This document shows positions 44,290 through 53,549 of a stretch of 64,000 nt of DNA, one piece after another; positions within the stretch are counted from its first letter, which is position 1, and every line of letters begins with the position of its first letter. Under the pieces are notes generated by a model. It worked only from the letters and a program-made list of their open reading frames with translations, was not told the DNA's origin and did not search any database. Location of the stretch: NCBI GenBank assembly GCA_965644315.1, contig CBFFRQ010000040.1, positions 124,001 through 188,000 on the forward strand. The letters are read 5' to 3'. The translations under genes were made by a program, and so were the position numbers. Source of the stretch: Caecitellus pseudoparvulus. Lineage: Eukaryota; Protista; Bigyra: Bicosoecida.

Positions 44290-44634
44290 TTATTCTTCCA
44301 CTAACCATGAAATAGTTAATGATCTTACAGATTGAAATTTTGATTGTACTTTTACTTTACCATTTAAGTACTCATCTAAATTATCCAATGTTTCGTCAAT
44401 TGTTGAACCATACCCTTTAATATTCATAATACCATCTTTACGAAGTCCAAGTACAACAAGTTCATCAACATCATACTTTTTATCTATCTTGGGAACAATA
44501 TGACCATATAGTTCTTTAATGCTATCAAAATTTATTTCTTCTCCATCCTTTGCTTCAATATACATATCATGTTGAGTATGTCCTCCTACCTTCTCTTCAT
44601 TTCTTCTTACAATATACTTATTCATATTTACCAT
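44290..44634 (-). CDS. Hypothetical viral protein between helicase and polymerase
   Basis: 114 aa; upstream motif at 44660-44673. Confidence 0.6.
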   Translation of the reverse strand: MVNMNKYIVRRNEEKVGGHTQHDMYIEAKDGEEINFDSIKELYGHIVPKIDKKYDVDELVVLGLRKDGIMNIKGYGSTIDETLDNLDEYLNGKVKVQSKFQSVRSLTISWLVEE

Positions 44635-44678
44635 ATCTAATATATCGTAAATACGTAATTTATCCTTAGGTCATTTAA

Positions 44679-46382
44679 TTAAAAAATTCCTAAATTATCA
44701 TTTTCTTTAGTTATTAATTTTCCGTTCTTACTTGCTTTTGTTGCTTTCTTTTTGTATTCTTTAATTTCCTTTTCTGTTTTCTTTTTTTTTGCTTTTGCTT
44801 TGACTTCCTTTTCTTTCTTGAATATTTTCTTGTTTTCAGATAGTTTAATTTTTTTTGGTTTTGATTTTTTTGATTCTACTGTTATTGGTTTTGGTTTCTT
44901 CCCTTCTAAAATTGACATAAACTCTTTAAACTTTTCAGGATGTTTTGCATACAAAACTTTAATATAATCCATGTCATCAACTGATACCTCTTCTTCTGGT
45001 GCTTCATCATCTTCTATTTCTGGGTCATACCATCTTTTACTTATAAATATTTTGCGTAATGTTTCAACAGGTACAATAAATTTTCTCTTTGTTGAACCAT
45101 TTACAGATACAGTAGTTTTAATAATACCTATCTTTTTTAAATCTTTGTGTAATCTATGAAGGGTCATTTTAAATTTTGCGTTCGTATTGTATTCATCCAA
45201 TAATTGCTTGCATTCTATATCCATATCAGCATTATTAAATATAAATTCATCTTTGATATACTTGTATAAAGGAGGAAGAGCAGATATAATTTTTTCATCC
45301 CTTGTTCTTGAATTTGGCATAATATCAAAATTAAAATCTTTGTTTTCTTCATAAAGCTTTCTCATATGATTAAAATATGCAGGTATTACCCCCTTACAAT
45401 TCATAGCCTTAATGACACTTTGGAAATACTTAAAATCACCTTTACGATGGTCTGATACATCGGGGCATATATACCGCTCTTTGTTTGATTGACTCAAATT
45501 AATTGATCCTTCAATATTTGTCGTTATAATTATGTTAAATGTATTTGTTTGAGTGTATCCTACACTGTACATATCACGGCAATCAAATTTATCTTCAGTT
45601 ATTAATCCTTTCAGTTTATCTTGTATAAGTAAATTTCCTCTTAGTTCTGGTAGCTCATCAATATTTACTAATACAACCCCTTCTAATGGTTTTGTGTACT
45701 TTGTTATAGTTTCGGTTGAGGATGTTTTAAGCATTCTTTCGCCAAGCACACGATCTAAGAAGTTTAAATATATGCCTTTTCCGGTTCTTTCTTCTGACAA
45801 CATAAAGATTGCTTTTCGCACCTTTACACCAGCAATTGAAAAAGCAAAAAATAAACGTACATATTCAAACATAGCAATATTTCCCCCACATAATACTTCC
45901 TTAATATGATTATCAATAACTTCAATTTCTTCTAAAAAATCTTTCTCTTTTATGTCTTTACATTCACTTAAATCAAAAGGTAAAGGTTTAACCATATTTA
46001 AATATTTTTGAATTAAGGCTTTACCCTTAATATTTCTTGTAATGGATACAATATCATCATCTGTATCTGGAAATATACCATATTGTACATTATTGGAACA
46101 ATCACAAAATTCAGAACTTACCATGTAATCAAACAAATTGAATTTGGTTTGTCTATTTGATTTTAAATTGTTCTCTTCAATATAATCTTGATTGGTTAAA
46201 TCTTTTGGAATATATTGTCTCAAGTCTTTTTGCTTGAAGTTATCATATTTCCCAGTTTGTACATTCTTAAAAAAATAACTATCTGTTGTCTTAAAAAAGT
46301 ATTTTTGCACATACTCTTTGACATCTTCTATTTTGTTTTCATTAAGTAAATTCTTAATTGTCATTACACTGAATACGACCAT
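44679..46382 (-). CDS. D5-like superfamily-3 helicase
   Basis: Walker A-like SEERTGKG, Walker B LVNIDE, KLKGLIT, motif C FNIIITTN; Lys-rich C-tail. Confidence 0.85.
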   Translation of the reverse strand: MVVFSVMTIKNLLNENKIEDVKEYVQKYFFKTTDSYFFKNVQTGKYDNFKQKDLRQYIPKDLTNQDYIEENNLKSNRQTKFNLFDYMVSSEFCDCSNNVQYGIFPDTDDDIVSITRNIKGKALIQKYLNMVKPLPFDLSECKDIKEKDFLEEIEVIDNHIKEVLCGGNIAMFEYVRLFFAFSIAGVKVRKAIFMLSEERTGKGIYLNFLDRVLGERMLKTSSTETITKYTKPLEGVVLVNIDELPELRGNLLIQDKLKGLITEDKFDCRDMYSVGYTQTNTFNIIITTNIEGSINLSQSNKERYICPDVSDHRKGDFKYFQSVIKAMNCKGVIPAYFNHMRKLYEENKDFNFDIMPNSRTRDEKIISALPPLYKYIKDEFIFNNADMDIECKQLLDEYNTNAKFKMTLHRLHKDLKKIGIIKTTVSVNGSTKRKFIVPVETLRKIFISKRWYDPEIEDDEAPEEEVSVDDMDYIKVLYAKHPEKFKEFMSILEGKKPKPITVESKKSKPKKIKLSENKKIFKKEKEVKAKAKKKKTEKEIKEYKKKATKASKNGKLITKENDNLGIF

Positions 46383-46514
46383 TTGCTATTATAATTACAA
46401 TACGAAATTTATCTTTAAGTAATTTTTTTATTTTTTAAATTCTCCTCATAATTATTATGAAGATAATTCTATAAAACTCAAAGGGGGAAAACACTAAACC
46501 CCTATACTATACTC

Positions 46515-47081
46515 TTATACTTTATTTTTTAGTATTGCGTTCATGTATCTACTACGTGAATTTTTAGTTCCACTTTTCATATGTCTACTAATATACTCAT
46601 GTATAATGAACCATAACCAATTAAATTGATCATCAGTTAAGCAATTATATCCATAAAAATGCTTTTTCTTTTCTAACTTAAACGCTACAAATGAAAAATT
46701 GTCTTTACTCACACAATGTTCACCATATGTTGTATTAAATTCATTCCTTTCATCATATAAATTAATATTTTCACTTTGTTGAAAATAATCATTTAGTAAA
46801 TCTGAAGATAAAACTTTTCTTAAATTGTAATAAAGGTCTATATTTAACTTAATATGATTTAAATATTCTTCATTACTTTCTTTTTCATGAGTAAAATATA
46901 ACATTATGTGTATATAAAAATCTTCATTTTTTAGGTCTTCTACATCTTGAATTTCAATAATAAAATTCCTTACAAAAGATTTACTACTACTAAATGTTAG
47001 TTCCTTTTTATAGTATGATTTTCTATTTTTCATAGAAATTTTCGGTTTCATACTCATATATATTACTAATACATAATTCAC
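46515..47081 (-). CDS. Hypothetical viral protein
   Basis: 188-aa ORF starting at the inner edge of the right TIR. Confidence 0.55.
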   Translation of the reverse strand: MNYVLVIYMSMKPKISMKNRKSYYKKELTFSSSKSFVRNFIIEIQDVEDLKNEDFYIHIMLYFTHEKESNEEYLNHIKLNIDLYYNLRKVLSSDLLNDYFQQSENINLYDERNEFNTTYGEHCVSKDNFSFVAFKLEKKKHFYGYNCLTDDQFNWLWFIIHEYISRHMKSGTKNSRSRYMNAILKNKV

Positions 47082-47090
47082 TTTTATGTT

Positions 47091-47506
47091 ATTTATTTTT
47101 TAATATTGCGTTTAAATTGTTCTTGAAGGGGACACACACCGCAATTAAGAGAGATATTTACTTACTCATTCACTAAAAGTATAACACATGCGATTAAGAG
47201 AGACTTTTCCTATATCTTATATTTTCTTTCTCAAAGTCTATTTTAAGAAAATTATAATAATATTTAAAAATCCATAAAAAAAAGAGAAATTAAGGAAATA
47301 GGAAATAATGTTTTAACTTATTACTTTTTTATATTTCCTATAATTTACTATTTCTTGTTTTTAAATATACCTTAAATAATATATATTTTATTGACTATTA
47401 AATTACTATATAATGAACCATTAAATATAGTGGCTTTAGCCACGCATTACGTATGTATCTACCGTGGGGTGGTGTTTTACACTAAACCACCACCATCCCT
47501 TTTTTT
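47091..47506 (-). repeat. Right terminal inverted repeat of the virus
   Basis: Reverse complement of 29363-29778. Confidence 0.95.
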
Positions 47507-48034
47507 CGGGTGGGGCATTCGGGCAGGTTGTACAGGGTGCAACTAAAGCCTGACGACGTCGTGGATGGACAGGAAGCGGGACACCGCCCCCCCCTCACGC
47601 TCTGCACAGGCGTGAGGCTGCGGTACCCCTCTGGCAACACCAACTGGCTGCCATTGCCGGGGCCAGCCGACGTCATGTGCATCATCCACTGGGACGGCAA
47701 GCGGTTCATGGAGCGGACACTGGTGGACGTAGCCGTGGCCCTGGCGCCGCTGAGGGACGATGCACGCAGTTACCTGCCCGATGAGACCCTCCTCTTGTGT
47801 CGTCACCTGAAACTGGGCCCTTCTGAGGTGCAGGGGTGGGCACGGGTAAACCACTCGCCGGAGGACGAGGCGCAACCGTGGGTGCTCGTGACGGGGGGTG
47901 TGGTAGCTGGCCCGGCCGTTGTGCACGAAGCGCCTTGGATCGCGAAGGGCAAGCCAGGGGAAGCTTCTTACCGCTTCCACTGGGCGCTGCAGGGCCCCGT
48001 CGGCAAGCAGCGCAGCGCCAGCGAGGACACGTGA
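47507..48034 (+). pseudogene. Plavaka-type transposase, 3' part
   Basis: In frame with the 5' part once the virus and one CGGGT are removed (...WLRERR-VGHSGRLYRV...). Confidence 0.8.
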
Positions 48035-48612
48035 GACGGCTTCGCCACTCAGCCCAAGGCAGCCCAAGACAGCCCGTCAAGGGGGGGGGCTGCATCGGAC
48101 AAATGAATCGTGCATGGCGCTTAAAATGCAATGCAAAGGCGGTAAATCGCCTTCATACGCGCCAGCGCTGCGGTGCAAGGGAGTTGGCGCAGGCAGTTTG
48201 CCGCCCGGCTGTGGAGGCGGAAATTGGCGCCCAAAATGGCCCACTTTGCGGCGTTCTCCTGCGCTATGCAAGGCGAACCATCACGCGTGAGTGCAATAAT
48301 CTGAATCTAAGCATGAAACTTAGCCCCCTCTGTGACTTTCGCCAGAATGACCAGAAAATTTGATCAGTCTGCCTCCCTCGGCCCCCGACCCTGCCCTCCG
48401 TCGCCACCACGCCAATCCACCCCTTCCCATTGCGCGGCCCGCCGCGGCTCCCGCAGCGTGAAACGAGTTTGACACAATGTACACATGAAATAGTGTCATT
48501 TTGACTTTTTCCAACTTCTGACGCGCCCGGGAAGGTGTGCCCACCCCCCCCGCACACGGGAACGAAGTGGTGTTGGAGGGGTGTACGGGGGGGACAGAAA
48601 ATCTCTTGACTG

Positions 48613-49593
48613 TGTGAGGCTGGTGAGGCTGTCGAACACGCCTGGCTGCAGGCTGGTAAGAGCAGTTGCGCTCAACGTCAGACTTCGAAGACTGGTCAGG
48701 CTGTCAAAGACTCCTGCCGGCAAGCTGGCCAGCACAGCATTGTTGCTCAGGTCCAGGAATGTGAGGCTGGTGAGGCTGTCAAAGACCCCAGGCGGCAAGC
48801 TGGTCAGCGCAGCATTGTTACTCAGGTCCAGGCCTGAGAGGCTGGCGAGGCTGTCAAAGAAGCCAAGTGGCAGGCTGCTCAGGCGGTTGCTGCTCAGGTA
48901 CAGGTGTGCGAGGCTGGTGAGGTGGTCAAAGAAGCCAAGTGGCAGGCTGCTCAGGCGGTTGCTGCTCAATTCAAGGTCTGTGAGGCTGGTGAGGCTGTCA
49001 AACACACCCGACGATAGGCCGATCAGAGCATCATTGCTGCTCAGGTTCAAGTGTGTGAGGCTGTAGAGGCTGTCAAACACGCCCGGCGGCAGGCTGGTCA
49101 GGTTGTTGCTTCCCAGGCTTAGGTCTGTGAGGCCGGAAAGTCTGTCAAACACGCCCACAGGCAGGCTTGCCAGGGCATCATTGCTGGTCAGATCCAGATC
49201 TGTTAGACTAAGGAGGCTGTCAAACACGCCATCAGGCAGGCTTGCCAGGGCCTTGTTGTTCTTCAGATCCAGTGTCAATAGGCTGTCGAGACCTCCAAAC
49301 ACGTTCGGCGGAAGGCTGGTCAGAGCGTTGTTGTCGTAAATCCCAAGGTATGCGAGGCTTGTAAGACTAACGAATGCACTCGCGTCGATGCCGGTAATGC
49401 TACTGAATGATACAGTCAGGCTGGCACCTGTGCACGAATTGCAATCAACAAGCACGTCACCGACAACAGTACAGCAAGCAGGAACTCCACCCGCCACCCT
49501 ACGTAAGATAGACGACATGCAAGCAAGCCACAGCCACCCAAACCAACCCGTCCACCACTTCCTGCAACCCCATTTTGACCTGTGCACCACCAT
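48613..49593 (-). pseudogene. 5' part of the interrupted LRR receptor-like gene (signal peptide, LRRNT-like cap, ~10 LRRs)
   Basis: Hydrophobic WFGWLWLAC leader, VPACCTVVGDVLVDC cap, same LRR consensus as 19540-22217. Confidence 0.85.
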
Positions 49594-50396
49594 GAACTGT
49601 AGCGTTTTCCGTTCTTGCCTCCCCCTGATTTGGCTTCGCTCTTGAATCGTGAGTGAACTGGGCAAAGGGCGTTCTTCGGTGCACCGGGACTCCGGAGCAA
49701 CCCTCTGACCTTGAAAGGCCTTCAAAACTTGTTCGACAGGGCAGGAGGACTGAAACTGGCTCTGTCTGTGGCACACGCGCCTTGTGGGCAGTACTTCCAC
49801 CACCCGAGATCTGCCCCGTCGAATATCTTTGCCAGGGTCACGCCAGCAAGACATGTGGGAGCGGACAACGGCTGAATGCGACTTCTACCAGACACACGCC
49901 CAACTCAAGCGCCCCAAGCCTGGACAGCGGGCCGCAGTGTCTCCGTGAATTGTCGGCGTTGCGCGAAGGTGTAGGCACGTTGCAGGCCCCACTTTGTGGG
50001 CTGAAATGGCAGGCTCTTTGTGAGCTGTGAGGCATGGTGCATGATAGACAGAAGGTGTGAGGTCAATTGTGGCATCCGCTCGAGTGGCAGTCTGGTTTCA
50101 GGCTTGCTGTCGTGGGGAGGGGGTGTGGGGGGGATCGTATGGCACAGTTTCGCACGAAACGCCGATGGACTACCCTTTGCAGCTCGCCTCGGAGAAGGCT
50201 CAACACTGCGCTCATGAACACAAGCACCCCAGAGTGCTGGGCCAAGCATATTGAGTATAGAGGCATGTGTACCGTATCCTGCTCGAGCAATGTGCTGTTC
50301 TTGGGGCGTTTTCTTGTGGCTGGGCGCATGTGGTCGATTCAGTGCCCAACCCTCTGCATGTGCGTGAACTTTGTTATCCCGGCCTGCACACTCGCT

Positions 50397-52841
50397 CTAT
50401 GGATCGGCTTGCGCCCTGTACCGCCGCATCATGCCGTGGCTCGCCTGTGTTCCGCCCGAGAAGTCACTTCCACCCCCCAACCGGCCTGCACTGCCTGACT
50501 CCCCCCCTCGGCGGGTTTGTGGTGTCTCCTCCCTTCGTCCGTAGTGCGCTGTGGAGCGAGCTCGACTGCCGCTGCGCTGTGAGGCGGGGGAGGACGTGCT
50601 GGCACCGCGGTAGGTTGTTGCCGCTGCGATGAGCGCCCGTTCGTGGTGTAGGAGGCGGTAGGGGGTGGACAGTGCCGTCAAGGATGACACGAGCACCTGC
50701 TGTGGCTGTTCTGGGGCGTATGGCACCAAGGATACGAGTGCTGGATACCCTGTGATGCTGCACTTGATGGCTTTCGTGGGCGCGGCGGCGTTCGTGGTGA
50801 CCTTTCCGCCACCATGAAACGCAGCAGCCCACGGAGGTCCCCGACTGCGACCTGCACCATCTTTGGCTGCCTGCGTAACCTGGCGCCCCCCATGTCCCCG
50901 CTGTTCCACATCCTGGGGCCGTTGCGGTGCTGCTCTCACGGGTGCGAGGCGGCGGGGCTGGAAGGGCACGGCTGAGTGGTCATCGCCAGCGGATGTTTGG
51001 TGACCTGGCCGCACGGGAGCTGGCTGTGGCACACCTTGACTTCCCATTCCCCGCTGCGACCCCGGACGAGACATCGCCGCCTGTGCTTCAAGCGCGCCCC
51101 CACTCGCACTGCTGGCGGGCTTGCTGCTGTGCTCTGGACTGCCTGTCTCCCGCTGTGCTGGTGATTCGGCTCGGTCCCCTTTTGCCGCTTGCGGAGAGGG
51201 GCTCGTCGTCGCAGGCACGCTCCCGCCCGTGGCACAAGGCGCTGCTGCAGGGGCACCCCTGCCACCTGATTCGACCACTCTCGCCTGTTCTCGTGTCACC
51301 GCATCAGTGGCTGAAGTCATGGCTGAGTCCGCGGCAACGGGCGACGCAGCGGGCGACGCAGCAGGCGAGGCAGCCGGCGCCGCCGTCTGTGCTGCTTCCA
51401 GGGGTGCGCTCTGCTCGCTCCACGCGTGCTGCGTGCCGGCGAGGGGGTGCTTGAGTGCTGGAATATTGGCTGCATGCGTGTGAGGCGGCTGCTGTCGCGG
51501 GGTCGTTCGTTGCGATGTGCGTCGGGGGCTTGTGCCTGCCGCCCTGGCCTCCCTGCTCGCTCTTGACGCATCTCGGTCCAGCTTGATGCGCCAGCGACTA
51601 CGGGGGGAGTCTGTGGCGGTGGGGTCCGTCAGGGACCGCGCCGAGTCGGCCTGTTCGTGGGTGGCACGCAGACTAGTGGAGCTGCGTGCCTGGACGCCTG
51701 CCTCGGCCGTGCGTCGGACACTGTCGGCAAGGTGATCGGCAAAGGTTGTGCTGGGGTCGCGGGGGCGGTCGGCGGCTGCAGAGGCGGCGCGGTGTGAGGG
51801 GGAGGGCGGCGCCAGGGCAGGCACCAGGCTGCCTGTCACGTGTCGTGGCGTGGTGGTGGCGTGTGCCGTTTCGGTCGGCAGGTGTGCCGTTTGGAGCTGC
51901 AGCACGGGGGAGCTGCGTGGGGCTTCGCGCCTGCTGCGAGTGGGCGTCTTGGACCGCCCAGTGCGCTGCCTGGGGCGGGATGGCGTGCGCTCCAGCGGGC
52001 GCTCGGCAGTGGGCGGTGGGGCGCCGTGTGCGGCAATGCTGCCCAGTGCCCGCCCCCCCCGAGATGTGGAGCGCAGAGGCGACGCGGCACGAGTGCGGGA
52101 CCTGGAGCGGCGTGTGGCGCCGAATGGGGACAGGGGGCGCATGCCGTGGGGGTTGACGCCGCCGGTGGTGGAGGTGGACGTGCGGGTGAATGTTCCCGAG
52201 CCGGGGGCTGTGCCGCCCAGTGCCGCTGTGAACACTGGCCTGTCAGGCAGGCCCGCCGCCGTAGTGGAGGAAGCCGCCTGCTGGCCATGCAGTGGGCGAT
52301 GCGGGAGTGGCGATGGGTGCGCCGGTGTGCCTAGACCAGCTCCGTGGCGGGCTGGAGAAGCCCTGCGCTGTGCGGGTGTGGCCCGGTCGCCCTGCGACGT
52401 GCCAGCAGCCAGGCCGTTTGAGGCGTGCACTTGGGAGTAGGGCGTCGCTGCGAAGGAGTGGGCGTGTTGTGCCGCGGCACCCAGGCGGTGAGGGGAGGCA
52501 TGCCGGTGTGGGCGTTGCGTGGGCCCTTGTCGACTGCTGCCGCTGGTGCTGCGTGCCGCTCGTGAGCCGGCGGCTGGTCTGCTGTTCCCCACCAGGCTCA
52601 TGCTGGTGGCAGCTTTGGGAGTGATGGAGCCCAGGCCGGCGCCAGCCATGACACTGGACACTCGGTGGGGCGACAGGGGTGAGGGATGTGGCGTGCCGTC
52701 CTGTGTGGCGAGAGCGGGCAAGGCATGGCGCCCGCGCCGTTGCCGTGGCTGTGTTGGTGTGGAGGATGAGCCACTGATGCCAGCGGCACCGCCAGTGGTG
52801 GCGTGGCCAGGCAGGCGGAATCGCCCGTTGCTGGAGGACAT
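50397..52841 (-). CDS. Low-complexity Ser/Pro/Ala/Arg-rich hypothetical protein
   Basis: 814-aa ORF with ATG; 3' end may be spliced. Confidence 0.4.
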   Translation of the reverse strand: MSSSNGRFRLPGHATTGGAAGISGSSSTPTQPRQRRGRHALPALATQDGTPHPSPLSPHRVSSVMAGAGLGSITPKAATSMSLVGNSRPAAGSRAARSTSGSSRQGPTQRPHRHASPHRLGAAAQHAHSFAATPYSQVHASNGLAAGTSQGDRATPAQRRASPARHGAGLGTPAHPSPLPHRPLHGQQAASSTTAAGLPDRPVFTAALGGTAPGSGTFTRTSTSTTGGVNPHGMRPLSPFGATRRSRSRTRAASPLRSTSRGGRALGSIAAHGAPPPTAERPLERTPSRPRQRTGRSKTPTRSRREAPRSSPVLQLQTAHLPTETAHATTTPRHVTGSLVPALAPPSPSHRAASAAADRPRDPSTTFADHLADSVRRTAEAGVQARSSTSLRATHEQADSARSLTDPTATDSPRSRWRIKLDRDASRASREARAAGTSPRRTSQRTTPRQQPPHTHAANIPALKHPLAGTQHAWSEQSAPLEAAQTAAPAASPAASPAASPVAADSAMTSATDAVTREQARVVESGGRGAPAAAPCATGGSVPATTSPSPQAAKGDRAESPAQRETGSPEHSSKPASSASGGALEAQAAMSRPGSQRGMGSQGVPQPAPVRPGHQTSAGDDHSAVPFQPRRLAPVRAAPQRPQDVEQRGHGGRQVTQAAKDGAGRSRGPPWAAAFHGGGKVTTNAAAPTKAIKCSITGYPALVSLVPYAPEQPQQVLVSSLTALSTPYRLLHHERALIAAATTYRGASTSSPASQRSGSRARSTAHYGRREETPQTRRGGESGSAGRLGGGSDFSGGTQASHGMMRRYRAQADP

Positions 52842-53549
52842 GGCGTGGGAAGGGCTGGAAGAGGGGGTGACGACTGTGCTGTCCCAGTTTCAAGCGCGCG
52901 CCTGCTGTGGGGGGGCGAGGAAGGTGCTCGCTATGAAGGTGGAACGATGCAGTGCCGTGGGCTGTGCCGGCGTACAGCTTGTTCGGCACCTGTGGGCGGC
53001 GCACAAGGGTGCACTGCGGCTGAAATCGATCAAATGTGCGTACAGAAGGTGCAGAATGGTGAAGCTTTGGTCCAGGTGCACATGGAGCGCGATGCACGGC
53101 AACTGCGGGCTTTGCCAGGCGTCGTCGGCGGCGACGTCTCCAGCTCTCCGGACAAGCCAGAATCAGCGCGAGGGCAGGGCGAGCAGGCTGGGAGGCGGAG
53201 CGCGGCAAGACGGGCAGAGACAGCAAGAATGAATGTCCACTATTCGAGTGAGCCACAGCTTTGTACGCTGCGGCGCGCAGGAGTGTGAGAAATGGTCGCC
53301 GGCGCGCGGACGCGCGTGAACTGCACTGCACCTGTATTCCGCCGCCGTTGGAAGGAGGGTGTGCAGGGGGGGTCGACGGAGAAACTGCCCGCTCCTGGCC
53401 GGATCCGCAACGCGGCTTCGATCCGCGACAAAATCAAACACCCACGTTGGACAACGTCACCCCCTCAGTAGCAGGCCCCCACCGATCATTCACTGAACAA
53501 GTTACGGCGGAGCAAGCAGGCGGCAGGTCACCCAGCAAACACTTGCGAG

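Larger units (their letters stand above)
41660..46422 (-). promoter_or_regulatory. Five copies of TDACYTAARGATAA upstream of minus-strand viral genes
   Basis: At 41660-41673, 41979-41992, 44266-44279, 44660-44673 and 46409-46422, each 19-27 nt before an ATG. Confidence 0.75.
29363..47506. mobile_element. Endogenous Polinton-like virus (18,144 bp)
   Basis: Sharp AT-rich island; 416-bp TIRs; CGGGT TSD at 29358-29362 and 47507-47511; ATPase, MCP, penton, integrase, pPolB and helicase genes. Confidence 0.95.
22220..48612 (+). mobile_element. Plavaka/CMC(EnSpm)-like DNA transposon (~8.24 kb native; 26.4 kb with nested virus)
   Basis: Left end CCGTCGTGAGATTTTC (22220-22235) vs reverse complement of right end CAGTCAAGAGATTTTC (48597-48612), 13/16 identical. 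TG duplicated at 22218-22219 and 48613-48614. Removing the element restores the LRR unit ctcagatctgtgaggctgg in frame. Contains a Plavaka-like transposase. Confidence 0.85.

Noticed and set aside
29363-47506. Contaminant or chimeric AT-rich contig
   Set aside because: Matching TIRs, an exact TSD and in-frame restoration of the interrupted gene argue for true integration.
16500-50296. 11-bp inverted match agcacattgct flanking the LRR gene as a fourth element
   Set aside because: Too short, no TSD or extended similarity; compatible with chance.
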